Source: a virus
DNA length: 64,000 nucleotides
IMG/VR virus record: IMGVR_UViG_3300025030_000076
Location: 1-64,000 of that record
Direction: 5' to 3' (one strand)
How positions within the stretch are numbered: position 1 is the first letter of the stretch; the number at the start of each line of letters is the position of its first letter. Below are positions 8,163 to 16,967 of the stretch, piece after piece. Made by a program: the position numbers and the translations under genes. The notes below the pieces were generated by a model. It searched no databases. It was not told the DNA's origin and saw only the letters and a list, made by a program, of their open reading frames with translations.

Positions 8163-10247
8163 TTAGCTGGCCTTGTTGGTCAGGTAATAGAATGCTTCGC
8201 TTTGAAGCACTCCGCCACCGCGGAAGATCGACGCAAAGATGCCGATCTGCCCGGTCGCCATGTACAGGTACGGATTGCGCTGTACGACCATGCCCGGCTT
8301 CTCGACTACCGCGTAGTAGGAGAAGTTGCCGAACACAATACACTTTGCCGATGCTGTGGTATATGGTTCAAGGTCGTCGTCGATGACGGCCTTGTAGCCG
8401 AAAAAGTCGCCATCCTGCGGGGTCTGCACGTAAGCAAACGGGACCGCGGACGTTCCACCGCTGCCCTTGAGATACCACTTGGTCACATTCGCCATGAGCA
8501 TGGCGGACTCGCTTGGGACGTTGTACCCGCCGCCGAGATAGCCGATGAGCGCGGAGAGTTCCGAAGGCAGAATGATGTCGGTCGTGGCGGTCGTATTTGC
8601 AACCGTCGCGCCGGTCACGATACCCTCAGGCTGTGCCGTGCCTGTACCTGTGGTGAAGATGGTGTTCTCGGTGTTGGCAACTGCGCGCCCAAGAGCATTG
8701 GTAAACCAGGCTTCCCAGTTCGTGCCGTTGTACATCAAGAATTCTTCGTTCATCTTGGTCAATTTGGTGTACTTGTACAGGATGAGGTCTTTCTGTGATA
8801 CGGTTCCCTCATTCTCATCGTACGTGCCAGCCTCAGCCGTCAAAATAAAATCGGTCAGGCTGGTATTCTCACGCGGGACCAACAGATGATCGGAAGGGGT
8901 CGTCAGGAACGTGCAAGGGACTTGCCGCGCCCATGACATGATATCGCGCTTGGCGATGATCTGGTTGTACAAGGGATCGGGAACCAGGAACCCACCGCTT
9001 GCTCCGGTCGTGATGTTCCAGGCGGCCTTGCCTGCCTTGATGTTGTCGAAAGACGAATCAGGTCGGAGCAGCCCTTGATTTTCCTGCCCGGTCTTGAGCC
9101 AGGACTTGAATGCGCCGATGCCATCGTTGTCATCATCGGTCGGCTCAGTGGGGTGGTAGAAAGTCTGCGGCCCGTGCTCTTTCAACTCCTCAACGGCCTT
9201 TTTGTACCCGGCGTCCTCTGCGGCCTTCAGTTCTGCCGCCCTCTGCGCTTCCGCCTGGGATTTCGCTTCGCGCTCTGCAAGCGCGTCAGCGACCGCCTTA
9301 TCTACGGCGGATTTGATTTCTAACTCTTCCATGATGTTCTCCCTTTGTTTGGTAACAGGTTGATTGGTTTGTTTGTTTTGGTTTGGTTGGTTATCCTCCT
9401 CAACGGGCAACGCCGCATGAGAAGTTAGTAACGATTTAATTGGCAGTATCTGATTGGTCTTGCGGAACTCTGCCGGATGCGGGGTAAGCGACGCGTCCAG
9501 ACCTAAGCGCCAGCGCGTGACTTCCCACACGCCGTTCTTGATTGCTTTGCGGTCTACAAGATGCGATGCAGTTCCAGACGACCAGGCTAATTTCCCCGCA
9601 AGCCCCAGCTCCGCGATTGTCTTTTCGTACTCATTACGCGCTTCGATCACCACCTCGGCAAACACTCCAACGTCATCAATGGCGAGTGTCGCTTTATTGG
9701 ATAGCGGCTCTGTGTATTTCACTTCAATGTTGTTATGTTTCTTGACGCGGATCGGTAAACGGTGGTTAAACCATGTATCGGATTGTTTGGCGTCGCCGAA
9801 GTCGGTATTTTTCGTGAAGTAATCGCCTTCCAGGTCTGGATTTTTTGAATCCCCGAAGCGGATCAGATAACCCCCTAATTTGACCGCGCCGCCGTCCAAT
9901 GACGTGGCTTTGACCGCATCGCCGGGGTAGATATATTCCTCATCCAGCGATTTACCCTCCATCATAGGAATTTCACCCCCTGGCTTTTCACACTCAGCGC
10001 CGTTTTCCACCATGATGTCATGCACGGTCTGGAACGCCTCTGTTTCTTTGCGCGTGTGCCGCGCGCCGATTTTCAGGAAGTGCTTGACCGCATCTTCCAC
10101 AGACATCCCATAGAACGACTTCTTCTCCCCCCATATGCTCATGCAAGCGGCGGCGGCTTCGTCCTGTTCTTTCCCCTCTTCCAGCATGGCAGGCATACAA
10201 GCCCCCATCCACTTATCTTTATCGTCGTATTCCGATACGTTCGGCAT
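8163..10247 (-). CDS. Prohead protease-major capsid protein ORF (HK97 fold), probable internal capsid start at 9332
   Basis: DLEGDYF/NH/WSSG/DASLTPHPAE protease-like motifs; GGFLVP, GTGTAQPEGI, IVFGNFSYY capsid motifs. Confidence 0.88.
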   Translation of the reverse strand: MPNVSEYDDKDKWMGACMPAMLEEGKEQDEAAAACMSIWGEKKSFYGMSVEDAVKHFLKIGARHTRKETEAFQTVHDIMVENGAECEKPGGEIPMMEGKSLDEEYIYPGDAVKATSLDGGAVKLGGYLIRFGDSKNPDLEGDYFTKNTDFGDAKQSDTWFNHRLPIRVKKHNNIEVKYTEPLSNKATLAIDDVGVFAEVVIEARNEYEKTIAELGLAGKLAWSSGTASHLVDRKAIKNGVWEVTRWRLGLDASLTPHPAEFRKTNQILPIKSLLTSHAALPVEEDNQPNQNKQTNQPVTKQRENIMEELEIKSAVDKAVADALAEREAKSQAEAQRAAELKAAEDAGYKKAVEELKEHGPQTFYHPTEPTDDDNDGIGAFKSWLKTGQENQGLLRPDSSFDNIKAGKAAWNITTGASGGFLVPDPLYNQIIAKRDIMSWARQVPCTFLTTPSDHLLVPRENTSLTDFILTAEAGTYDENEGTVSQKDLILYKYTKLTKMNEEFLMYNGTNWEAWFTNALGRAVANTENTIFTTGTGTAQPEGIVTGATVANTTATTDIILPSELSALIGYLGGGYNVPSESAMLMANVTKWYLKGSGGTSAVPFAYVQTPQDGDFFGYKAVIDDDLEPYTTASAKCIVFGNFSYYAVVEKPGMVVQRNPYLYMATGQIGIFASIFRGGGVLQSEAFYYLTNKAS

Positions 10248-10687
10248 TTATCCCTCTGCGTATTAAACGCAAAAACCGGCTGCTCTCCTTCTCTTTCGAG
10301 AAAAGAACAACCGGCTCAAAGTCTAACGGTTAGTTATTGGCTGTGCGCTTCTGTTACACAGTAGGGCGCGTCGCCTGGGCATTCCTGCCTGCAAACATTA
10401 TAGACGATTTGTTCTATTTATGCAAGGTCTTACTCCAACACTCTTTGCATTCGCGGCGGTGCCTGTCCAGCGCCCGCCAACGGTGACGGTCGTACAAGCC
10501 CCAAGCGACGGCGCAAAGGTGGATAAGTGTCACAATGTTAGCACAATTATTCTGTTTCATGTTATAATATCTACGTCACACGCGGCGGGTTATTTTTTCG
10601 CCACAAAGAGCCGTCTCTTTCCCAAACTCGCGCGTGTGACAACAAGCGAAAAAACAGGAAGGAGGCGGCTCTTTGTGAAGGTGTCCT

Positions 10688-11137
10688 ATGGATTACAACA
10701 AATATATTGCGTCTAAAGAGTGGGACGAAAAACGTAAAGCCAGGAAGAAACTAGACGGGTATCGTTGCCGCCTGTGTGATGAGGACGGGACACACTATCA
10801 ATTGGAGGTACACCATCGTCCATCTGCTTATGCAAAAATTCCAAACGAATCAATCGAAGATGATCTAATAACGGTTTGCTCCCGTTGCCATAACCTCATT
10901 ACGGACGTAATCCGTGAAGATAGATATGGACGACTGGAACACGAACCCACAACGATAACGACCAACATTCAAATAAGACAGGAGATATATCATGGCTTGG
11001 AAAACACTAACATACAAACTGAACTCATCCGCCCCGCTGATAATGCACAACGGGCAGACGGCAGACCCAACAAACAAGTGGTCGAAGTTAATCAAACAGA
11101 TTTCATCCAAACGCGCAAAGACAGACGCGGATCATGA
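10688..11137 (+). CDS. HNH endonuclease
   Basis: YIASKEW...DGYRCRLC...LEVHH...DLITVCSRCH; C-terminal tail overlaps next gene by 146 nt. Confidence 0.88.
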   Translation: MDYNKYIASKEWDEKRKARKKLDGYRCRLCDEDGTHYQLEVHHRPSAYAKIPNESIEDDLITVCSRCHNLITDVIREDRYGRLEHEPTTITTNIQIRQEIYHGLENTNIQTELIRPADNAQRADGRPNKQVVEVNQTDFIQTRKDRRGS

Positions 11138-11573
11138 GGAAATGGCGCGCCTTGAATTTATGGCGGGCTTGTATCTTGATGAGTCTGGCCCCGTCCTGCC
11201 CGCGTACATGATCGAAGCAACAATCTTGGGAGGCGCTAAGAAATCCAAAGAGGGGCAGACTTCAAAGTCTGGTTATTTTTGTCTGGAACATGCGCCGCTT
11301 GAATATGCTGGACCGCGTACAGCTAATGAATTATGGGATGATGAGCAATTCCGTTTTAGTTCTATTGTTCGCGTACAGACTTCCCGTGTTTCACGGATGC
11401 GTCCCATCTTTCGAGAATGGTCTGCCATAGTTACTCTTAATGTGGAAGATACACTAGTCAATCCCGCACAGGTTGACAGATGGCTTAATGCCTCTGGCTC
11501 TCAGGTTGGTTTAGGTGACTGGCGTCCGCAGTATGGACGCTTTACTTCCGAACGCGTGAATGGTCACAAGTAA
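10992..11573 (+). CDS. Stand-alone Cas7/RAMP-like RNA-binding protein
   Basis: N-terminal SAPLIMHN strand, RMRPIFREW, C-terminal Gly-rich loop GSQVGLGDWRPQYGRF typical of RAMP folds; no other cas genes. Confidence 0.7.
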   Translation: MAWKTLTYKLNSSAPLIMHNGQTADPTNKWSKLIKQISSKRAKTDADHEEMARLEFMAGLYLDESGPVLPAYMIEATILGGAKKSKEGQTSKSGYFCLEHAPLEYAGPRTANELWDDEQFRFSSIVRVQTSRVSRMRPIFREWSAIVTLNVEDTLVNPAQVDRWLNASGSQVGLGDWRPQYGRFTSERVNGHK

Positions 11574-11658
11574 GGCCCGGCTGGGCGTGGCGTGGTATGG
11601 TGCGGTAGGTTCTGGTTTGGCACGGCTTGGTTAGGCGGGGTGAGGTACGGTAGGGAGC
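11574..11658 (+). ncRNA. GGY-NN pentamer array, candidate guide RNA for the upstream RAMP protein
   Basis: ggcCC ggcTG ggcGT ggcGT ggtAT ggtGC ggtAG gttCT ggtTT ggcAC ggcTT ggtTA ggcGG ggtGA ggtAC ggtAG ggaGC, starting immediately after the stop codon. Confidence 0.8.
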
Positions 11659-11665
11659 AGAGAGA

Positions 11666-12361
11666 TTACTTATCTAGCAATCTCTCTGTTTTTTCTGCAT
11701 CTACTGGCACGTAACAAGGCATTGGGTCTTTGCCATTCTCGACAACTATTTCTGACTTTGAGTTATTATCCTTGATAATCTTTTTTGCCAATTCAAGCAT
11801 CGTGATCGGCGTAATGCCTCCGATGTCGTAGCATTCGCCGCGCTCGCCATGCAGTAACACAGCCCACATTCGCCGCGCCATATCTTCGCCGCTCATATAT
11901 GTTCTAATAGTATTTCCATCCCCAAATATTCTCAGTGGCTCGCCTTTTCTTGCCGCATTTTCAAATGCTACTATCGCGTGATCTGCTGATAGCCTTTCCC
12001 CATGAAATGCAAACAACCGACAAACGACCACATCGACGCCGCTATCCAGGCACTCTTTTTCCCAATCGAGTTTATTCTGCCTGTACTCGGTATCATTCTC
12101 ATCGTGATAGACAATACCGCTCGAAGCATACAGCACGCGGATACCGAATGGCTGTGCATATTCCAGAACCTCATACGGCGAGATATTCGCCAGATGCACG
12201 ATGTAATCCCAGGTCATCCATTTCCAGTGCCGGAGTTCGTAGTCGCTTTTGCCGATGTAACTGATACGTAAATCAGGCGGGGCGGTTTGCCGCATCCAAA
12301 AGCCACAGAAGCCTGTACCGCCTACGACTAAAACTTTATCCATTATCAGTTCCATCTCCAC
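11666..12361 (-). CDS. NAD-dependent epimerase/dehydratase (extended SDR)
   Basis: VLVVGGTGFCG, YASSG, YRQNK, RLFAFHG, GDGNTIRTY. Confidence 0.88.
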   Translation of the reverse strand: MEMELIMDKVLVVGGTGFCGFWMRQTAPPDLRISYIGKSDYELRHWKWMTWDYIVHLANISPYEVLEYAQPFGIRVLYASSGIVYHDENDTEYRQNKLDWEKECLDSGVDVVVCRLFAFHGERLSADHAIVAFENAARKGEPLRIFGDGNTIRTYMSGEDMARRMWAVLLHGERGECYDIGGITPITMLELAKKIIKDNNSKSEIVVENGKDPMPCYVPVDAEKTERLLDK

Positions 12362-12594
12362 GGCTCACGTATTCGTTTTACAAATTCAATCTCAATCGTT
12401 GCACCTCTTGATATTTTCCTCCATGACCTGTTGATTTTATGCCTGAACCATTGCCACCAAAGCCAATTGAACAAACGACGCAAAAGCGATGGATGGTACG
12501 GCTTTACTTCCATGCCTTTTACGAACGATGTCAGGTCTGTCAATTCGTCAGATGATCGAATCTCAAATTTCGTGATCTTGTTTGTTTTAGCCAT
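12346..12594 (-). CDS. Hypothetical protein
   Basis: Overlaps neighbours in the operon. Confidence 0.45.
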   Translation of the reverse strand: MAKTNKITKFEIRSSDELTDLTSFVKGMEVKPYHPSLLRRLFNWLWWQWFRHKINRSWRKISRGATIEIEFVKRIREPWRWN

Positions 12595-13717
12595 TGTAAA
12601 AACTCCGAATGGTTTCCGCTTGGTACTCTCTCATTTCCTCATTGATCCCTGGAAAGACGCCGACCCAAATCGCTTTTTCATGAATGATATTGGCGCCATC
12701 TAAATTACCAATGACGCGATGCTCTATGTTCTTATACGCGGATTGTCTCAGCAGATTGCCGCCCATTGCGGGCCTATTCCCGACTCCACGCTCATCCAGA
12801 TACCGCGCCAATTTGTTACGGTGTTCTGTAACAAAAGCAAAGCCGAACCATGAAGGGTTGCTCCCCGGCGAAGCCTGGACGATCTCAATCGGTAAATCCT
12901 TCAAGTTATTATACAAATATGTCCAGTTCTCGCGCCGCTTTTCGATAAACCCTTCAAGCCTATCCAGTTGCGCCACACCTACGGCGGCTTGGAAATCGCT
13001 TGCCTTGAGATTCCACCCGATACGCGAGTACATATATTTATGATCTATTTCATAGTCAAATCGTTTCCCGCAGGTATTATCCTTTCCTGGCTCACAGAAG
13101 CAGTCCCGCCCCCAATCCCGGTAACTCTCGATAATCTTCCTCAGCCGCGGGCTATCAGTCAGTACCATGCCACCTTCGCCGGTGGTGATGTGATGCGCCG
13201 GGTAAAATGAGACGGTAGACATTATGCCGCGACGACCAACCATCTGCCCGTTGATCGTGCTCCCTACCGCGTCGCAGCAATCTTCGATGATAGGTATTCC
13301 ATAGCTCGACAAATAAGTCAGGTCTACGGGGTTTCCAAGCGCATGCGCCATAATAATGGCTTTTACATTGTCGGGAGAATATTCCCAGCCGTCCGCGCAG
13401 TTCAGCGTCTTTGGGTCACTGTCCACAAACACCGGCACTAAGCCAAGCTGAATGATGCAATTGACCGTCGTGGGGAAGTTCACCGCCGTGGTGATGACCT
13501 CCGAGCCTTTCGGAAGCTCTAGAGCAGATAATGCCAGTAAATTTGCACTCGAACCGCTATTACACAGGATCGCCTCACGCGCACCCATGAATCGAGCGAA
13601 GCCGCGCTCGAAGCGGTTCGTCCAAATGAATCCGCCGTAACTCTGCGAGTTCGCGACTTCTATCACGTTATCCGCTTCTTCCTTTCCAGTCACTTGCCCC
13701 GAAATAGGGACTTTCAT
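12587..13717 (-). CDS. rfbH: CDP-4-keto-6-deoxyglucose 3-dehydratase (DdhC/RfbH, DegT/DnrJ family)
   Basis: NSGSSANLLA, EDCCDA, SFYPAHHITTGEGG (His in place of the PLP Lys), RDWGRDCFCEPGKDNTC Fe-S cysteines. Confidence 0.9.
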   Translation of the reverse strand: MKVPISGQVTGKEEADNVIEVANSQSYGGFIWTNRFERGFARFMGAREAILCNSGSSANLLALSALELPKGSEVITTAVNFPTTVNCIIQLGLVPVFVDSDPKTLNCADGWEYSPDNVKAIIMAHALGNPVDLTYLSSYGIPIIEDCCDAVGSTINGQMVGRRGIMSTVSFYPAHHITTGEGGMVLTDSPRLRKIIESYRDWGRDCFCEPGKDNTCGKRFDYEIDHKYMYSRIGWNLKASDFQAAVGVAQLDRLEGFIEKRRENWTYLYNNLKDLPIEIVQASPGSNPSWFGFAFVTEHRNKLARYLDERGVGNRPAMGGNLLRQSAYKNIEHRVIGNLDGANIIHEKAIWVGVFPGINEEMREYQAETIRSFYNG

Positions 13718-13822
13718 ATATACCGTTACCTTTATCAAGTAACAGGTATACAACGATACACTGAGATTGATACATATTAGTTTTGTTACCAGCGACAGCG
13801 CGCTAGGCGAAAATACAACAGG

Positions 13823-14032
13823 TTACTTTTGAGGGCGCTTTATCATCACGGAATAAAACACTGCCATTTCCACGATATACAGTAAAACCGTCGCGGCAAT
13901 ATCCATTCCTGATGTAATGCCCAAAGTATAGTGCATGTAACTGCCAACAACCAGGGGCAGGAAAATCATCAAAATCAAAACTATTGTTAGTGCCATTTCA
14001 AAACCTTTCTTGTCTCCAGCGACAGCGCGCAA
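13823..14032 (-). CDS. Small membrane protein
   Basis: Two hydrophobic segments; likely start at MALTIV. Confidence 0.55.
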   Translation of the reverse strand: MRAVAGDKKGFEMALTIVLILMIFLPLVVGSYMHYTLGITSGMDIAATVLLYIVEMAVFYSVMIKRPQK

Positions 14033-14053
14033 GGCGACAATTGAATATACTTA

Positions 14054-14275
14054 TTATTTAATCTTCTTGAATGTTACTGCACTATAGGAGGCGTCTGGAA
14101 AGCGTTGCATCACATTACTCCAACATTCGATAACACCGTATCCCGGTTTACAGACAGCGTACTCCACCGTAATTGTCTCTCCAGACGTCAGCGTCATTTC
14201 GTAGGTATGTTTACTGCCTCCACAAGCAGTCAGTAATAATACCAGCACTAAAATCAGGAAGATAGTCTTTTTCAT
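14054..14275 (-). CDS. Small lipoprotein
   Basis: MKK-hydrophobic-LTAC lipobox. Confidence 0.7.
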   Translation of the reverse strand: MKKTIFLILVLVLLLTACGGSKHTYEMTLTSGETITVEYAVCKPGYGVIECWSNVMQRFPDASYSAVTFKKIK

Positions 14276-14303
14276 TTTTTCAAACCTTTCCGAAGTGTGG
14301 CGG

Positions 14304-15440
14304 TTACCCGTCCCACTCCATAATCTCTCTCAATTCATTCTCAGGTAGATATGGATACATATTCTCCATGTCATCTGTCCTGATCGGATTACCACTTGCC
14401 ATCACGCGCGGCAACTGCTGCCATTCGGGGTCAACAAACACTTCCACGACCATCGGCGCAATCCCGAAGCATCGGGCGAAGTTCGGCAAATCCCGCCCAT
14501 GCAAGGGCATGTAACAGAGGCGATATGCCTCCGCAATTGCTTCTATGCTGGGGAGCGTCAGCCCTGTGGCAGGGTTGGCACCCGTCACGCGCCCGAAGCG
14601 CGCAAGCTGTCCCACGCGGATGGAGTTATAGCCGCCGTTATTCATCACGAAAAAGATAATCGGCAGGCGCAGCCTGCGTATCGTCTCCAGTTCCTGCGCG
14701 TTCATCGCAAAGCCGCCGTCGCCCGTCACGCAGATAGTGCGCCGCCCGGATGCCAGCGCAGAGCCGAGAGCCATCGGAATATCAGCGCCCATTGCGCCGA
14801 TTGTGCAGACGTTGGAGATACGCTGCCCCGCTCGGACTTTATACGCCTGGAAGAACACAGTCGGGGCGTTGCCCGATGAGCCGATAGCGAACACGTCATC
14901 CGACTGGCTGTGGTCATGCAGGAGTCGCGTGAACGTGAACGGGTCTACGAAATGATCGCCGCCTCCGTCTCCCGTCTCCTGTCTCCCGTCCAGTTCAGGC
15001 CGGAAGCGGGTGTAGAGCGCCTTGCACCAGTTGAGCCAGTCGCGATGAGGCGGTTCAAAGGCCGGAAGAAAATCAATGTCATCTCTACAATCAAGGGTCT
15101 GCGTAACGTGGTAACGCTTCGGGAACTTCTGTGCCTCTGCGGGGTCTATATCATAAATATATATCTCCGCATTCGGCGCGAAGCGGTCATAATCATAGGC
15201 GACTTGTTCACCGTCCAGCCGTGCGCCGAAGCAATAGAGATGGGTGGCTTTTTGCTGAATTATGCAAGATGCGCGCTGGCCGAAGATTCCAGGTCTGCCG
15301 CAATAGACGGGGGAATCTTCTGACAGTAGATCAGCCGCCATCCAAGTTGTAATGCACGGCACTTGTAAAGAAGTAAGGTGATTTATAAGCGCCGGGTTAT
15401 TGCGGATGCCGTTGCCGATGAGGATGACTGGCTTATACAT
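14304..15440 (-). CDS. ThDP-dependent enzyme, central + PP domains (acetolactate synthase/YerE-like)
   Basis: GRPGIFGQR, GAMGADIP, GDGG...NN ThDP motif. Confidence 0.88.
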   Translation of the reverse strand: MYKPVILIGNGIRNNPALINHLTSLQVPCITTWMAADLLSEDSPVYCGRPGIFGQRASCIIQQKATHLYCFGARLDGEQVAYDYDRFAPNAEIYIYDIDPAEAQKFPKRYHVTQTLDCRDDIDFLPAFEPPHRDWLNWCKALYTRFRPELDGRQETGDGGGDHFVDPFTFTRLLHDHSQSDDVFAIGSSGNAPTVFFQAYKVRAGQRISNVCTIGAMGADIPMALGSALASGRRTICVTGDGGFAMNAQELETIRRLRLPIIFFVMNNGGYNSIRVGQLARFGRVTGANPATGLTLPSIEAIAEAYRLCYMPLHGRDLPNFARCFGIAPMVVEVFVDPEWQQLPRVMASGNPIRTDDMENMYPYLPENELREIMEWDG

Positions 15441-15942
15441 CGGCGGCCTGTATGTCTTGCGGGATGTCGAGCCACACGGGGCCGGGACGCCCTTCTTTTG
15501 CTATCTCAATCATCCCGTCCAGTACTTCTAATATTCCCGCACTCACGCTCGGCTGATGCGCTATCTTGACTATCGGCCTCACCATTTCTATTGTCGGCCC
15601 CTCCTGTGTCCCGCGTGATCGCATATCATCAAGCGCTAGCCACTTCCGCATGACTTGGCCGCTTATCACCAACAGGGCGATACTGTCTACCCATGCAGCA
15701 AGTACAGGCGTGAGAATATTAGTGACCCCAGGACCCGACGTGACCAACGCCACGCCGAATCCGTGATACTGTGCATACCCGACCGCCGCGTAGCCGCAGC
15801 CCTGCTCATGTAGGCAGCACACGGCGCGCAATCCCGACGCGCCAAGCGCATCCACCAGCGGCCCGGAGCCGCCGCCAGGAAGGTAGAATACAACTTCAGT
15901 TTCTTGTTTCAGCCTTTCCCAAATTATTTGTGATACGTTCAT
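15433..15942 (-). CDS. ThDP-dependent enzyme, N-terminal PYR domain
   Basis: HEQ, VTSGPGVTN, ISGQV, GRPGPVWLDIP. Confidence 0.9.
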   Translation of the reverse strand: MNVSQIIWERLKQETEVVFYLPGGGSGPLVDALGASGLRAVCCLHEQGCGYAAVGYAQYHGFGVALVTSGPGVTNILTPVLAAWVDSIALLVISGQVMRKWLALDDMRSRGTQEGPTIEMVRPIVKIAHQPSVSAGILEVLDGMIEIAKEGRPGPVWLDIPQDIQAADV

Positions 15943-16967
15943 GTTTCAATGATCGGGTTTTCTATACCCGCCTTCCTGATATTTTCGATCAGCCGTTGCC
16001 GCTGTCCCTGCGCCATTATCAGGATCGGCGCGGCGTTGGTAGGTCGTTCCTGTACCGGCTTGCCGTTGTAGGTCTGCCCGCGGTACGCGGGATCGTTATC
16101 AATATAGTCAAGTATATTGAGTTCCACCTGTGCTAGCAGATGCCATGTAATATCTCCCATGCCCCAGACGTTGAGCGGCAAGCCCGCAAGCGTTTTGAGC
16201 CTATCCACGCGGGCGGATATGTTATCCGTGATGTGTTTCGCTGACTCCCGCGCCACGTCCAGCCGCCTGAATTGCAATTGATACGCGGGCGCGTTCTCAA
16301 GTTCGTACTTCCGCACGCCTGCCTGCGTAGGCAGGTCAACCAATTCGAAGCCGTGATGGTATCCCAAATTGAGATAATCCCGCAACGTGAAATGATTTAG
16401 GTGCTTGGTATTGAAGTCCAATATCGGCATCTTCCACTTTTGAAGCAGGCCCGTCGCGTCTGGTCCGTCCATGATGAGCAAGCCATCAGGCGCGAGCGCA
16501 TCGTCTATCCGTTCCATCGTCTTAGGCAAATCGTAGACATGCTCGATGACGTGGGAGGCATAGATAAGGTCACATTGCTGGGGCAGGGGATCGCCTGCAC
16601 CCACGCAGACGGCGTTCGTATATCCCCTGTCCTGCAACATGCCAACGATGATACTTTTGCCATCATCGCCCGCTCCGCCGAAGTCCACGATGACGGCCTC
16701 CCGGTTGCGTTCCAGTTCCGCTATCCGTACCGCGTCCATTTTCAGGCGCTCGATATTGGAGGGGTTGTTGACGCCGTAGCCGTAGTATTTGGTGTAGTAT
16801 TCGTTGAGCATCGCTTGATCAAAATTACCATCTCCGTAAAACATCGAACAGGCGTCACAGGTGTACCAGATAATCTCAGACGGCAGAGGCCAAGAGTCGG
16901 GGATGCGGTAGGGCATACGAAATACTTCGGTGCGGGAGAGATGTTCACAGACGGGGCAAGGCCTCAT
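15939..16967 (-). CDS. Class I SAM methyltransferase (sugar C/O-methyltransferase-like)
   Basis: N-terminal CPVC/CDAC, VDFGG, SHVIEH, C-terminal VWGMG Rossmann-like domain. Confidence 0.75.
   Translation of the reverse strand: MRPCPVCEHLSRTEVFRMPYRIPDSWPLPSEIIWYTCDACSMFYGDGNFDQAMLNEYYTKYYGYGVNNPSNIERLKMDAVRIAELERNREAVIVDFGGAGDDGKSIIVGMLQDRGYTNAVCVGAGDPLPQQCDLIYASHVIEHVYDLPKTMERIDDALAPDGLLIMDGPDATGLLQKWKMPILDFNTKHLNHFTLRDYLNLGYHHGFELVDLPTQAGVRKYELENAPAYQLQFRRLDVARESAKHITDNISARVDRLKTLAGLPLNVWGMGDITWHLLAQVELNILDYIDNDPAYRGQTYNGKPVQERPTNAAPILIMAQGQRQRLIENIRKAGIENPIIET

Noticed and set aside
9345-9395. GGTTT-like repeats resembling a second GGY-NN array
   Set aside because: Irregular phase; reverse strand encodes the Gln/Asn linker.
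11574-11658. CRISPR array or simple microsatellite/G-quadruplex
   Set aside because: No 25-40 nt repeats with spacers; strict GGY phase with free NN that decodes to a protein motif argues against slippage repeats, though G4 folding is not excluded.
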